From contig CAWKDB010000010.1 in assembly GCA_963848295.1 (NCBI GenBank), positions 1,152,001 through 1,216,000 of the forward strand: a DNA stretch of 64,000 nt. Reading direction: 5' to 3'. Each line of letters opens with the position of its first letter. Positions within the stretch are counted from its first letter, which is position 1. The stretch is from an uncultured delta proteobacterium (lineage in GTDB: Bacteria > Myxococcota_A > Polyangia > Haliangiales > Haliangiaceae). Below the pieces are notes generated by a model. That model did no database searches. It saw nothing but the letters and a program-made list of their open reading frames with translations, and was not told where the DNA came from. Both the position numbers and the translations under genes were made by a program. Of this stretch, positions 44,175 to 56,396 are shown one piece after another.

Positions 44175-45152
44175 ATGCGCGTCGCGTTGCTCGTCCTGGT
44201 GGTCGCCGCTGCGTGTGGCGGCCATCACGACGGTGGCCCCGATGCGAGCGGCGATGTAACGAGCGGCCTCTCGCTCGGCGATTTCGTCACGATGCGGCAC
44301 GACGCGATCTGCGCCGAGCAAGTCGCGTGCAGTGCGATGCCCGACACGGCGACGTGCGATGCGGTGCTCGCGATCGACACGACGGAGCTCGAGACTGTCG
44401 TCGCCGATGTCATCGCCGGTACGGTGACCTACGACGGCAACGCGGCGACCGCGTGCCTCGCCTACTTGCAGGGCGGCTGCACGTTCGCGGGCTTTCACGT
44501 GCCGAGCCCATGTGACACGGTGTTCGATGGCACGCTCGCGATCGGCGCTGCGTGTAACGAGGACGAAGACTGCACCGGCTACGTCGCGGGCCGCGCGACC
44601 TGTGTCGCGACGACCACGACGTGCGATCGAACGACCGCTTGCTGCGCCGGCAGCTGCACGGCCACCGCCGCGAAGGGCGCGCTGGGCTCGCCGTGCACCG
44701 GCCCGACGTGCGGCAGCGGGTTGTATTGCTCGGACATGACCTCGACCTGCACCGCGATCGCGACCACCGCGGGGATGAGCTGTTACGGCTTCGACGGCTG
44801 CGCCGATCCGATGTATTGCGACGCGCTGTCGGGCTCCGATGGGATCTGCACGAACGCCGCGGCGTCTGGTGATGTCTGCGAGCCGACCGCGACGTTGCCG
44901 TGCGTCGAGGATAGCGACTACTGCGACGTCGAGACCGCGATGTGCACGCCGAAGGCCGCGATCGGCCACGCATGCTCGGCGACGGTCCCGTGCGTCGGGT
45001 TCGCGAACTGCGATGTCACCGGCCTGTGCATCGCGATCCCGACCCAAGGCCAGCCGTGCTTCACCGGCACCGGCATCGCGTGCCTCGGCGACCTGACCTG
45101 CGTGGACTCGCTGTGCACGGGGCCGGCCACCGCGATGACCTGCGCGCCCTAG
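44175..45152 (+). CDS. Cysteine-rich lipoprotein, paralog 3 (35 Cys)
   Basis: Lipobox AAAC, same Cys order as paralogs 1 and 2. Confidence 0.9.
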   Translation: MRVALLVLVVAAACGGHHDGGPDASGDVTSGLSLGDFVTMRHDAICAEQVACSAMPDTATCDAVLAIDTTELETVVADVIAGTVTYDGNAATACLAYLQGGCTFAGFHVPSPCDTVFDGTLAIGAACNEDEDCTGYVAGRATCVATTTTCDRTTACCAGSCTATAAKGALGSPCTGPTCGSGLYCSDMTSTCTAIATTAGMSCYGFDGCADPMYCDALSGSDGICTNAAASGDVCEPTATLPCVEDSDYCDVETAMCTPKAAIGHACSATVPCVGFANCDVTGLCIAIPTQGQPCFTGTGIACLGDLTCVDSLCTGPATAMTCAP

Positions 45153-46919
45153 CGCATTTCGGAACGCGACGCCAGCAGCGACTCGCCATCGCGCAGCGGC
45201 AGCTCGATCGCGAACCGCGCGCCACCGCCGGCTGCCTCGCTGATCGTGATCCGACCACCGTGATCCGACACGATACGGTGGACGATCGCGAGGCCCAACC
45301 CGGTGCCGCCCTGGTCGTGCTTGGTCGTGAAGTACGGCGCGAACACCTTGTCTTTGACCTCGGCCGGTACGCCCGGGCCGTTGTCCTCGACGACGAGCAG
45401 CGCGCGGTCGCCGATGTACTTCGTGCTGACCGCGATCCGGCCACCTTCGCGTCCACCGAGCGCATCGCGTGCGTTCTCGACGAGGTTGAGCAGCACTTGG
45501 TTGATCTGGTTCTTGTCGCCGTCGAGCTGCGGCAGCGCCGAATCGAGCGTGACGTCGACCGGCATCGCGCCGCCTTGGTACAGCGCCAACCCCGAGCGCA
45601 CCGTGTCGTTGAGATCCATGCGCGCGAGCTCTGGCTTCGGCATGCGCGCGAAGTCCGAGAACTCCGCGACGATGTGCTTGAGCCGATCGGCTTCTTGCAA
45701 CACCGTCGTCGTCGACTCCTCCATGATCTCGCCGAACGACGGGTGCTGCTTGCGCCACGACTTGCGCAGCGTGTCCATCGCCATCTGGATCGGCGTGAGC
45801 GGATTCTTGATCTCGTGCGCGAGCCGGCGCGCGATCTCTTGCCACGCGGCGATGCGCTCGGCGATCACGAGGCGCTCCTTCGAGGTCTTGAGATCTTCCA
45901 TCATCAAGTTGAACGCGTTCGCGACCTCGCCGACCTCGTCGGCCGAGCGCACCGGCACGCGGTGGTCGAGCTCGCCGCGCGCCGCGGCGACCGCAGCCGG
46001 CGACGAGCAGATCGAGATCGCGCGCCGTGCGCCGTGCGACGAACAGGCCGACGACGACGACCGCACCGAGCGCCGCGAGGGCGAGCGCGGCCGAGGTCAG
46101 CGCGACGACGAACAGCACGTGATCGAGGTCGCCGTCCGACACCGCGGCCTCGATGTAAGCGACCGGCGTGCCGTCCGCGCCGAGCAGCGGCGTACGCAGC
46201 GGCGGATCCTTCGCGAGGCTCGCCCAGTCCTTCTCGGCCGGCGGCAACAGCACCTCGCCACTCGGCGTGACGATCCGTGCATCGACCCGACCGGGCCGGC
46301 GCACCGACGCGAGGATGTCGTCGGTGACGCGATGGCCGGCGAGCACCGCGACGGTGTAGCCGCGATCGCTGGCGGTCTTCGCGGCCTCGGCGACGAGCAC
46401 GGTCTCGATCGTCGAGGCGGTCATCACCTTGTCGCGCGCGAAGAACGCCGCGCCTTTGGTCGCCTCGGCGAGCTGCCGGATCTCCGGCTTGCCGCTGTCG
46501 AGCTCGCCGCGAAAGTGCGGCGCGATCTTGACGCGATCGTCGGGTCCGGTGATCGCGAGGATGTCGAGTGCGAGCCCGTGCATGACCATGCCGGATTGCT
46601 CGCGCAACTTGCGCTGTGCGGTGCGGCGATTCTCTTCGGCGATCTTGTCGAACGTGCCGTCGATCGGCGGAAGCTCGCTCAACAACAAGCTGCCGACGAA
46701 CGGGTTCTCGCGGCTCGCGAGCGAGTCTGTCGCCTGCGCGACCTGTGACTCCAGGCGGCGCAGCTCGAGCTGCACGGTCTTGTCCGCGAACCGGCGGGTC
46801 GCTTCGTAATCCTCGCGATAGCTCGTCGCGATCACGCGACCGGTGATCACGGCCGCGACCGCGATCGGCACGAGCGCGGCGAGCGCGAGCGTCAGCGTGA
46901 ACCGGCCGCGCAGCTTCAC
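45149..46919 (-). CDS. NtrY-like sensor histidine kinase (2 TM, periplasmic domain, HAMP, HisKA, HATPase); frameshift ~45995
   Basis: DEVG..A.AFN.M, AWQEIARRLAHEIKNPLTPI, NL.ENA, DNGPG, PYFTTK, GTGLGL. Confidence 0.92.
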
Positions 46920-46927
46920 CGCAGTAC

Positions 46928-46991
46928 CTCGCTGCGCTCGGCCTGCGGCGCAAGCCCGCCCTCGACCTGCCGCCGCCGCTCGCTTCGCTCG
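46928..46991. repeat. Intergenic REP-like pair CTCGCT(G/T)CGCTCG
   Basis: Copies at 46928-46940 and 46979-46991 in the 79-bp gap between SBP and kinase genes. Confidence 0.55.
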
Positions 46992-46998
46992 CTGACCC

Positions 46999-48494
<1,496 letters not shown>

Positions 48495-48498
<4 letters not shown>

Positions 48499-49494
48499 TT
48501 CAACCTCCACAGATCGACCCGGGTCTCGCCGGGGATGCGCACCGCCGCGACCGCGATCGGCGCCCCCGTACCGTCGAGGTCCCCGACGACGATCGCCGCC
48601 ACGCCCTCCGCCCTCCACTCCTTGCGGTACAGCGGCCTCTTGTCGTCGCCATCCCACGTCACGACCTTGATCGTATCGGGATCGCCGGGCGCGCTCGCGG
48701 CGGCGTAGATCACCTCGGGCGAGCCATCGCGATCGAAGTCCGCGATGTCGAACGCGTAGCCGACGTTGCCGAGCTCGTGATGACCGGCCGGTTCGCAGCC
48801 GTTCGCGCCGCAGGCTTGCGCGCTGACGTCGAGCCTGCCCGCGAGCGATAGCGTCGCGCGGACCTCGAGCTTGCGCGCTTGCGGATCGAGCAGCTCGCGG
48901 CAGCGCATCGTCGTAGAACGCGCTCGGCCCGCTGCCGACGTGATCGCGTCCCGCCGCGAGCAGCACCGTGCGTTCGCCCGGGCACAGCGCGAACCCCGAG
49001 CCACCGGGCTCGCCGACCAGGGTCTTGCCGCGCCACGACACTCGCAATCGCGTCGCGTAGGTCGACACGCTCGCGACGAGCACGCTGCCATCGGTGATCG
49101 CCGCACCGACGACATCGCGCGGCGCCGCGACCCGCCGCTCGCCCGAGAACGGCACGCGCCCGATCTCGCGGACGCGATGCTCGCCGACCGCGAGCGCGAT
49201 CACCTCGCGCGCGGTCACCGCATAGAGCTCGGGCTTGCCGTCGCCGTCGAGATCGGCGAACGCGAGCGCGACCAGCGGCGCATCGAGCTCGGGCGAGCCC
49301 AGCTTCTGCGGTCTCCAGCGCACCGCGATCGGTGTCGGCGGTCGTGGCGCGGCAGGGGCCGCGTCCTGGGCCGCGGCAGCGGCGAGCCCCGCGCGCACGT
49401 CGGCCGCGAGATCGTGAAGCGCGGCGCTGGAGTCGGCGAACGCCGGTGCCGCGAGCGCGCACGACGCGACCACCGCGCGAAGGAGGACGCTCAG
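48495..49494 (-). CDS. Secreted FG-GAP/VCBS-repeat protein; frameshift ~48910; start uncertain
   Basis: ADLDGDGKPEL, ADFDRDGSPEV, GDLDGTG repeats in two frames; signal peptide ..PAFA|D. Confidence 0.75.
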
Positions 49495-49496
49495 AC

Positions 49497-51887
49497 TCAG
49501 TCTCCGTACTCGCCGGTCACCGACGTCGCCTCGGTCTCCTCGCCGGGCTTCGCCGCGACCTCGGTCGGCTGCGTGCCTTCGACGAACACCTCGTCGAGCG
49601 TCGTTGCCTTGGGCGCACCGTCGGGCGCGAGCAAGCCCGTCGAGCGGTCGATCAGGGCCTCGACGACGTGCGGCGGGCGCGGGAACGCCTTCGCGGGCAG
49701 GTCGAGCTGCTTCGCGATCTCGAGGAACACCGGCGCGGCGACCCTCGCGCCCTGCTCGCCTGGCATCGGCCGATTGTCGTCGTAGCCGATCCACACGCCG
49801 ATCACGATGTCCGGCGTCATGCCGATGAACCACGTGTTGCGCGCCTCGTTCGACGTGCCGGTCTTGCCCGCGATCGGCACCTTGAGCTTCGCGCCGATCT
49901 CGGCCGCAGTGCCCTCGGTCACGACCGATCGCATCATGTCGGTCGTGATGTAAGCGACCTCGGGGCGCAGCACTTGCTGGCCGGGGTCGTCGGGCTCGGC
50001 CTTGCCGTCGATCGCGTCGATGAAGCGCGGCGGCGCGTAGATCCCACCGTCGGCGAGCGACGCGTACGCGTTCGTGATCTCGAGCGGCGTGACCTCGCCG
50101 GCGCCGAGCGCGAGCGACATCTCCTTGGGCAGCTCGCTCTGGATCCCGAGCTGCTTCGCCATCGCCGCGACCGACTCGGGCTTGACGTCGTAGGTCACGC
50201 GAATCGACACCGTGTTGATCGACTTCGCGAGCGCGGTGCGCAGCCGCACCGGCCCCTCGTACGTGCCGGTCTCGAAGTTCTTCGGCTTCCACAGGTCGAA
50301 CACCTCGGGCGCGTCGTTGACGATCGACGCCGGCGTATACTTGCCTTGATCGAACGCGGTCGCGTAGACGAACGGCTTGAATGCCGAGCCCGGCTGGCGC
50401 TTCGCCATCGTCGCGCGGTCGAATCCGCCCATCACGCTGTGAAACCCGCCGACGAGCGCGCGCACCTTGCGCGTCTTGACGTCGATGACGACGACCGCAC
50501 CTTCGGCGCCGGTCGGCCACACCGCGTGCGCGACCGGGTCGGTGACGCCCTTGACCTCGGGGACCTCGACATCGACGATGTCGCCCTTCTTGAACCGCTC
50601 GCTCGGCTTCTTGTTATCGACGTTGAACCGCGCGTCCCAATCGCCGGTGAGTGCGAGCGTCGCGGGGAGATGCCCGACGTCGAGCGTGAGCTGTTTCGGA
50701 TCGTCGCTGACCGCGGTGACGACCGCGTCGTAGATCTGGTGCGGCTTGAGCGCGCCGTGCGCTCTCGCCAGCCTCGCGATCTCCGCGTCGATCTTGTCGG
50801 GCTTGACCGAGCGCACGACGCGCCCGAGATGATGGCGCGAATCGACCGCGCGAATGCCATCGCGCAAGGACGTCTCGGCTCGCGACTGCATCGCCGGATC
50901 GAGCGTCATCCGCACGCTCGCGCCGAGGTGATCGATCGCTTCCTTGACCTTGTCCGGATCGGAGCCGACTTGCTTCTCCACCCGCGCCTCGAGCTCGGAC
51001 GTCGCTTCGCCCATCCATTCCGGATCCGCGCCCGCGGCATGCTGCTCGTAGATCTGGATCGGCGCGTCGATGTACTTCTGCGCGTCGGCCGCCGAGATCT
51101 TGCCCATCTTGAGCATCGACTGGAGCACGTAGACCTGGCGCGCCTTGACCTGCTCGGGGTGCTTGCCCCCGTGCAGCTCCTTGTAGAAGATCTCGGGCGA
51201 CTTCGGCAGCGCGCCGAGCAGCGCGGCCTCGCCGATGTTGACCTGGTTGATGTCCTTGCCGAAGTAGAGCTTCGCCGCCTCGCCGACGCCGAACGTGTTG
51301 TGCCCGAGGTCGGTCTCGTTGAGATACAGCGTCAGGATCTCTTCCTTCGACAGCGCGGTCTCGAGGCGACGCGCGAGGATGACCTCCTGGATCTTGCGCT
51401 TGAACGAGCGCTCGGGCGTGAGCAGGAGGTTCTTCACGACCTGCTGGGTGATCGTCGACGCGCCCTGGGTCGTGTGGCCGGCGCGGATGTTCGCGACGAA
51501 CGCGCGCGCCATCCCGAAATAATCGACCCCGTGGTGCTCCCAGAACTCGTGATCCTCCGCGGCGACGAATGCGTTGACCACCAGCGGCGGGATCTTGTCG
51601 TAGGGCAAGAACGAGCGGTGCTCGCTGCCGATCTCGCCGATCTCGTGGTCGTTGCGATCGAGCACCTTCGTGACCTGCTTGGGGTGCTCGAGCAGCTTGC
51701 GCAGGCCCTCCATGTTCTCGATCGTCGGGAGGTTCGGATCGCGCCCATACATCCAGAACACCAGCGCGATCGTCGCGGCGCCGAGCGCGATGCCGACCAG
51801 CCCGGCGATGCCCGTCCACTTGAGGATCGTCAGCCACAGGCGACGCTTCGGCGCGGCGACCTCGCGCTTCGGTTTTGGGGGCTGCAT
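49497..51887 (-). CDS. mrcA: Class A penicillin-binding protein 1A
   Basis: AAED..F..H.G.D, QGASTITQQ, RKIQE, YLN; transpeptidase SAFK, SIN, KTG. Confidence 0.93.
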   Translation of the reverse strand: MQPPKPKREVAAPKRRLWLTILKWTGIAGLVGIALGAATIALVFWMYGRDPNLPTIENMEGLRKLLEHPKQVTKVLDRNDHEIGEIGSEHRSFLPYDKIPPLVVNAFVAAEDHEFWEHHGVDYFGMARAFVANIRAGHTTQGASTITQQVVKNLLLTPERSFKRKIQEVILARRLETALSKEEILTLYLNETDLGHNTFGVGEAAKLYFGKDINQVNIGEAALLGALPKSPEIFYKELHGGKHPEQVKARQVYVLQSMLKMGKISAADAQKYIDAPIQIYEQHAAGADPEWMGEATSELEARVEKQVGSDPDKVKEAIDHLGASVRMTLDPAMQSRAETSLRDGIRAVDSRHHLGRVVRSVKPDKIDAEIARLARAHGALKPHQIYDAVVTAVSDDPKQLTLDVGHLPATLALTGDWDARFNVDNKKPSERFKKGDIVDVEVPEVKGVTDPVAHAVWPTGAEGAVVVIDVKTRKVRALVGGFHSVMGGFDRATMAKRQPGSAFKPFVYATAFDQGKYTPASIVNDAPEVFDLWKPKNFETGTYEGPVRLRTALAKSINTVSIRVTYDVKPESVAAMAKQLGIQSELPKEMSLALGAGEVTPLEITNAYASLADGGIYAPPRFIDAIDGKAEPDDPGQQVLRPEVAYITTDMMRSVVTEGTAAEIGAKLKVPIAGKTGTSNEARNTWFIGMTPDIVIGVWIGYDDNRPMPGEQGARVAAPVFLEIAKQLDLPAKAFPRPPHVVEALIDRSTGLLAPDGAPKATTLDEVFVEGTQPTEVAAKPGEETEATSVTGEYGD

Positions 51888-51966
51888 GTCGCGCTTTTTC
51901 TGCAACTTGGGGACCCGCCTTGGTGGCTAATTCTCCCTCGACTGCGGCTGCATTGCCACACCATGA

Positions 51967-51984
51967 CGTGTCTCGTCTGACACG
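51967..51984. promoter_or_regulatory. Inverted repeat CGTGTC-N6-GACACG upstream of PBP1A
   Basis: Perfect 6-bp dyad in the trmH-PBP1A intergenic region; function unknown. Confidence 0.3.
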
Positions 51985-52009
51985 ACCAGAAACGGCGTTC
52001 ACGAACCGC

Positions 52010-52705
52010 CTAACCGAGCTTGCGAGCGAGGATGCCCTCGACGCCCCGGATCCCGAGCGTGAACCAGCGCGCGCGCAGCACGGCTTTGCGCGCTTCCGGC
52101 AGATCTCCGACCGCCCCGATCGCCGCGCGCCGGCGCGCCGCGAGCCGGCTGATCGCGAGCCCGACCGTGACGCTCAGGTTGAAGCTCTCGGTGAACCCGA
52201 ACATCGGCACCGCGATCGTGCCGTCGCTCGCCGCGATCGCGGCCGGTGTGACGCCGCTGTGCTCGTTGCCGAACACGACCGCGATCGGTGTGGCGACATC
52301 GACATCGTCGATCGAGGCGCTCGCGCCCGGCGCGGTCGCATAGACGCGAAACCCGCGCGCCTGCAACGCCGCGATCGCTGCCTCGGGCGTCGCCCAGCGA
52401 TGCAGCTCGATCCACTGATGCGCGCCCTTCGTGACCGCCGCCGCGGTCGAGAATGCGTGCTCGCGCTCGATCACGTGGAGCTCTTGTAGGCCCAGCGCCT
52501 CGCTCGTGCGGATCGTCGCGGCGGCATTGTGCGGGTCGTAGGTGTCCTCGACCACGGTCACGACCGAGCCGAGGCGCGCGGCGAGCACCTCGTCGATGCG
52601 CGCGATCCGCGCGGCGGTCAGCATCGGCTCGAGCGCGGCACAGATCGCGGCCGGGCCGTGGCGAGCGATCAAGACTTCGATCGCGTCGGGAGCAGCATCG
52701 GGCAT
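52010..52705 (-). CDS. trmH: SpoU/TrmH-family RNA 2'-O-methyltransferase
   Basis: DPHN.AA..RT.EA.G, VFGNEHSG, PM.GFTESFNLSV. Confidence 0.85.
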   Translation of the reverse strand: MPDAAPDAIEVLIARHGPAAICAALEPMLTAARIARIDEVLAARLGSVVTVVEDTYDPHNAAATIRTSEALGLQELHVIEREHAFSTAAAVTKGAHQWIELHRWATPEAAIAALQARGFRVYATAPGASASIDDVDVATPIAVVFGNEHSGVTPAAIAASDGTIAVPMFGFTESFNLSVTVGLAISRLAARRRAAIGAVGDLPEARKAVLRARWFTLGIRGVEGILARKLG

Positions 52706-52727
52706 CCCGCGATGATAGCGTCACGCC
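52706..52727. promoter_or_regulatory. Candidate bidirectional leaderless promoter
   Basis: TATCAT (minus, 52717-52712) and TAGCGT (plus, 52716-52721) overlap; each is 6 nt from its start codon. Confidence 0.65.
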
Positions 52728-55700
52728 GTGGCAGTGTCCGAGGGTGGACTCGGGCGGTTCGTCGGAGACCGCTATCACATCGTGCGCGAGCTCGGGCGCG
52801 GCGGCATGGGCGTGGTCTACCTCGGGCGCGACCTGCGGCGCGATATGGACGTCGCGATCAAGGTCCGCGGCCAGCTCCATCACGACGCGACGCTGTGGCT
52901 CAAGCGCGAGTTCCGTGCGGTCGCCTCGCTGCGCCACCGCAACCTCGTCGAGCTCTACGAGCTGGTCGCCCACGAGGGCAGCTGCTACTTCACGATGGAG
53001 TACCTGCCCGGCGTCGATCCGCGGCGCTGGGTCGAGCGCGCGGTCGAGGTCGCGTGGCCGCCGGGCAGCTCGGATCGCACGACGCACTCGGCGGTGCCGA
53101 TCCAGGAAGCGCGCACCGAGGTCTCGCTCGCGCAGGCCGCCGAGGCCGCCCAGGTCGCGCGCCGGCCGGCGCCGGTCGTCGACTTCGCGCGCCTCCGCAT
53201 CGTGCTCGCGCAGCTCGCCGAGGGCCTCGCGTTTCTCCATGCGCGCGGCGTGATTCATCGCGACGTCAAGCCCTCGAACGCGATCGTGCTCGAGGACGGG
53301 TCGGTCAAGTTGCTCGACTTCGGGCTCGCGCTCGAGCGCCGGCGCGCGGTGGAGGATCTGTCGCGCGAGACGAAGATCGTCGGCACCGCGGCGTACCTCG
53401 CGCCCGAGTACGTCGAACGGCTCGACGTCTCGCCGGCGATGGACGCCTACGCGCTAGGCGTGCTCGCGTTCGAGCTCGCGACCGGTGCACCGCCCTTTGG
53501 CGGCACGATGCGGCTGTTGTCGCGGCTGAGCACGCCGCTCGCGGTGCCGCGCGCCTCGACGATCGCCGCCTCGATTCCGCCCGAGCTCGACGATCTGATC
53601 GCCGATCTCTTGGGCGCGGATCCGGCGACGCGACCGAGTGCCGACGATGTCGTCGCGCGGCTGACCGGCAACGTGTCGCGGCCGCGCGTGCCGGCGCACG
53701 AGGCGCGGTTCGTCGGCCGCGTGGACGAGCTCGCTCGGCTCGAAGAACTGCTCGCCGATCGGACACCGCGCGGTCGGCTCGTGGTCTTGCGCGGACCCTC
53801 AGGCGCCGGCAAGTCCGCGCTCACCGATGCGGCGGTCGCGCGCGCTCGCGGCGCGCTCGCCTGGCGCGGGCGATGTCACGAACGCGAGCGTGTGCCATAT
53901 CGCGCGTTCGATCTGATCATCGACGACCTCGCGACGACGCTCGCCGATCTGCACGATGCCGGGCGCGCGATCGAGCACGCCGCCGCGGTGGCCCGGGTGT
54001 TTCCGACGCTCGCACCGGCGCTCGGCGCGGCGCACGCCAACGAGCCTGCGGCCGGTGACCTGCGCGTCGAGCGCGACCGCGCGCTGATCGCGATGACTCA
54101 GTTGTTCGGCGAGTTGTTGGGCGACGCACCGGGCGTGATCACGATCGAAGATCTGCAATGGGCCGATGACGATAGCCTCGAGCTGCTCGCACTGATCGTC
54201 GAACGGATCGCGCGCCCGCTGACCGTGATCGCGTCGTGGACGCTCGAGGCCGCCGGCGCAGAGCCCGCCGGGCTGTCCGCGATCCGGACCCGGCTCGGCG
54301 AAGCCGCCAGCGTGATCGAGCTCGCCGCGATGCCCGAAGCCGAGCTCGGCGAGTTGATCGCGGAGCTCGCGCCGCAACTGCCGACCGCGCAGATCGCTAC
54401 CGCGGCCCGGCTCGCCGCCGGGAGCCCGTATCTCGCCGAGCTGATCGGCCGCGAGCTCGCGACGACCGACGTCGCGGAGGTCGGCGACGCGGAGGTCGCC
54501 GAGATCCGTCGGCTCGCGCGCCTCGCCGGACGCGAACGCGCCGTCGCCGAGGTCGCGGCGCTCGCGGGCGGCACCGTCGGATTCGAGCAGCTGCGCGCGC
54601 TCGCCCAGCTCTCCGCGGCGCAGTTGCAATCGGTGCTGCGCGGCCTCGAGCAAGAGCGAATCGTGCGCGCGATGCCGGCGGCGAGCGGCGACGCGGTCTA
54701 CGGCTTCTATCACCAGCGCCTGCGCGATGCGGCGCATGCGGCGATGTCGGCCGAGGCTCGTCGCAAGCTCCACCGGCGCTTCGCCGCATGGCACGACAAG
54801 CACGGCGCGGATAAAGTGGCCCTCGCGTATCACTGGGGCGAAGCGGGCGAAGCCGCGCTCGCTGCGCGGGCCGCGCTCGCCGCCGGTGACGCCGCTCGCG
54901 CTCAGCTCGCTTGGGCACTCGCCGAGGATTGGTACGCGCGCGCGCTCGCGTTCGGCGCGCTCGATCCCGCGGGGACGAACGCCGCCCGCGCGGGTCGCGC
55001 CGAGTGTCTGTTTCTCGCCGGCCGGCTCGCGGCCGCGGCCGATCAGCTCGAGGCGCTCGCCGAGCCAGGCGCGGCCGGCGATCATTGGCGCGTGCGCGCC
55101 GCCGAAGCGCGGATCAAGCTTGGCGAGCTCGACCGCGGCCTCGCGTTGCTCGACGGTGTCCTCGCGCGCCGCGGTCAGCCTCGGACGCGGGTCCGCGCGA
55201 TCTCGGCGTTGCGCGCGATCGCGGTCGCGGCGCGCTGGCTCGTCCCGACCGGCCGCACGCCGAAGCCACCCGCGGTGGACGGACGCGGCGTGTCGCCGGC
55301 CGGCAGCGCCGCCGCCGCCCGGCACGGTTCCGGAGACGATGTGCTCGCCGCCGCGTATCGCGTGATCGCGAGCTTCATGTCGACCCCGCAGCCGATCGAG
55401 TCGCTCGAGTACGTGCTGCGCGGCGTCGTGCTCGCCGAGCGCTCCGGCGATCGAGCGGCCCACGGCATGGGCATGGCGATGCTCGGCGCGTATCTCGCGA
55501 CCGGCTCGCTCGGCCGGTTCGGCGATCGCGCGATCGCGCGCGCCCACGAGCTGTCCGCGCATAGTGATTCGCCCTACCCGCACATGGTCGCGTCGGGTGC
55601 GACCGGCATCCTCGCGACGCTGCGCGGCAACTGGGACGCGATGCGATCGGCACATGAAGCGGCGGAAGCGATCTGCCATCGGCTCGGACTCGAGCGCTCG

Positions 55701-56396
55701 TGGGAAGCGTCGTTCCTGCGCACGTACTGGGCGCTCGGCGAGTACTACGCCGGCGAGCCGACCCGGGCGCTGCACATGCTGGGCGAGCTCGCCGAGGCGA
55801 GCGAAGATCTGATCTCGCGCGCGATGCTCGGCAGCTTCCGCGGCCGCGCGCTCGTGCTCGACGGCGACCTCGCCGCGGCCCGCGCGGCCGAACGCGAGCT
55901 TGCACACGAATCCGCCGCGCGCCACGGGCTCGCGTCGATCTATCGCCAGGTGTTCTCCGGCGAGCTCGCGCTCGCCGAACGCGACTGGAGCCGCGCCATC
56001 GCGGTCGGGTGCGAGCTGGCGGCGAACGCGCGCGCGCAGTGGCTATCCGCGATGCCGGCGGTGTCGGCGATGATCGACGTGCTGCTCGCGACCGCAGAGA
56101 TCGGCGCCGGCGGTCGCGCGTCGGCCAAGCGCGCCCGCGACCGGGCTCGCGGCTTGGTGCGTCGCAGCCGCGTTTCGTTCTACGCGGCGACCGCGCTGCG
56201 GTTGTGGAGCCAAGCCGAGGCGCGACTCGAGCGCCCGGTCCATGCGCGGCAGTTGTTGGCTCGCGCTGCGGTCGTCGCGAACGAACGCGGCGGCAAGCTC
56301 GATCGGCTCGCGATCGCCGCGCTCGCCGGCGAAGCTCATGACCCCGGACGGCTCGCAGCGGCGATCACGTGGTCCACAGGTGGAGTGATTCTATGA
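52728..56396 (+). CDS. Ser/Thr kinase - AAA/STAND ATPase - TPR-like protein
   Basis: GRGGMG, HRDVKPSN, DFG, GTAAYLAPE; FVGR..EL, GPSGAGKS, IEDLQWAD, GSPYL.EL, F.H.RLR. Confidence 0.92.
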   Translation: MAVSEGGLGRFVGDRYHIVRELGRGGMGVVYLGRDLRRDMDVAIKVRGQLHHDATLWLKREFRAVASLRHRNLVELYELVAHEGSCYFTMEYLPGVDPRRWVERAVEVAWPPGSSDRTTHSAVPIQEARTEVSLAQAAEAAQVARRPAPVVDFARLRIVLAQLAEGLAFLHARGVIHRDVKPSNAIVLEDGSVKLLDFGLALERRRAVEDLSRETKIVGTAAYLAPEYVERLDVSPAMDAYALGVLAFELATGAPPFGGTMRLLSRLSTPLAVPRASTIAASIPPELDDLIADLLGADPATRPSADDVVARLTGNVSRPRVPAHEARFVGRVDELARLEELLADRTPRGRLVVLRGPSGAGKSALTDAAVARARGALAWRGRCHERERVPYRAFDLIIDDLATTLADLHDAGRAIEHAAAVARVFPTLAPALGAAHANEPAAGDLRVERDRALIAMTQLFGELLGDAPGVITIEDLQWADDDSLELLALIVERIARPLTVIASWTLEAAGAEPAGLSAIRTRLGEAASVIELAAMPEAELGELIAELAPQLPTAQIATAARLAAGSPYLAELIGRELATTDVAEVGDAEVAEIRRLARLAGRERAVAEVAALAGGTVGFEQLRALAQLSAAQLQSVLRGLEQERIVRAMPAASGDAVYGFYHQRLRDAAHAAMSAEARRKLHRRFAAWHDKHGADKVALAYHWGEAGEAALAARAALAAGDAARAQLAWALAEDWYARALAFGALDPAGTNAARAGRAECLFLAGRLAAAADQLEALAEPGAAGDHWRVRAAEARIKLGELDRGLALLDGVLARRGQPRTRVRAISALRAIAVAARWLVPTGRTPKPPAVDGRGVSPAGSAAAARHGSGDDVLAAAYRVIASFMSTPQPIESLEYVLRGVVLAERSGDRAAHGMGMAMLGAYLATGSLGRFGDRAIARAHELSAHSDSPYPHMVASGATGILATLRGNWDAMRSAHEAAEAICHRLGLERSWEASFLRTYWALGEYYAGEPTRALHMLGELAEASEDLISRAMLGSFRGRALVLDGDLAAARAAERELAHESAARHGLASIYRQVFSGELALAERDWSRAIAVGCELAANARAQWLSAMPAVSAMIDVLLATAEIGAGGRASAKRARDRARGLVRRSRVSFYAATALRLWSQAEARLERPVHARQLLARAAVVANERGGKLDRLAIAALAGEAHDPGRLAAAITWSTGGVIL

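Noticed and set aside
44040..46919. 959-aa minus-strand ORF as one protein
   Set aside because: Only the first ~305 aa are the real kinase; the rest is out-of-frame read-through after the frameshift and antisense to a Cys-rich gene.
51945..51962. Sigma-54 promoter for PBP1A (TGGCAATGCAGCCGCA, minus strand)
   Set aside because: GG-N10-GC spacing fits, but the -12 element lacks TT; too weak to call.
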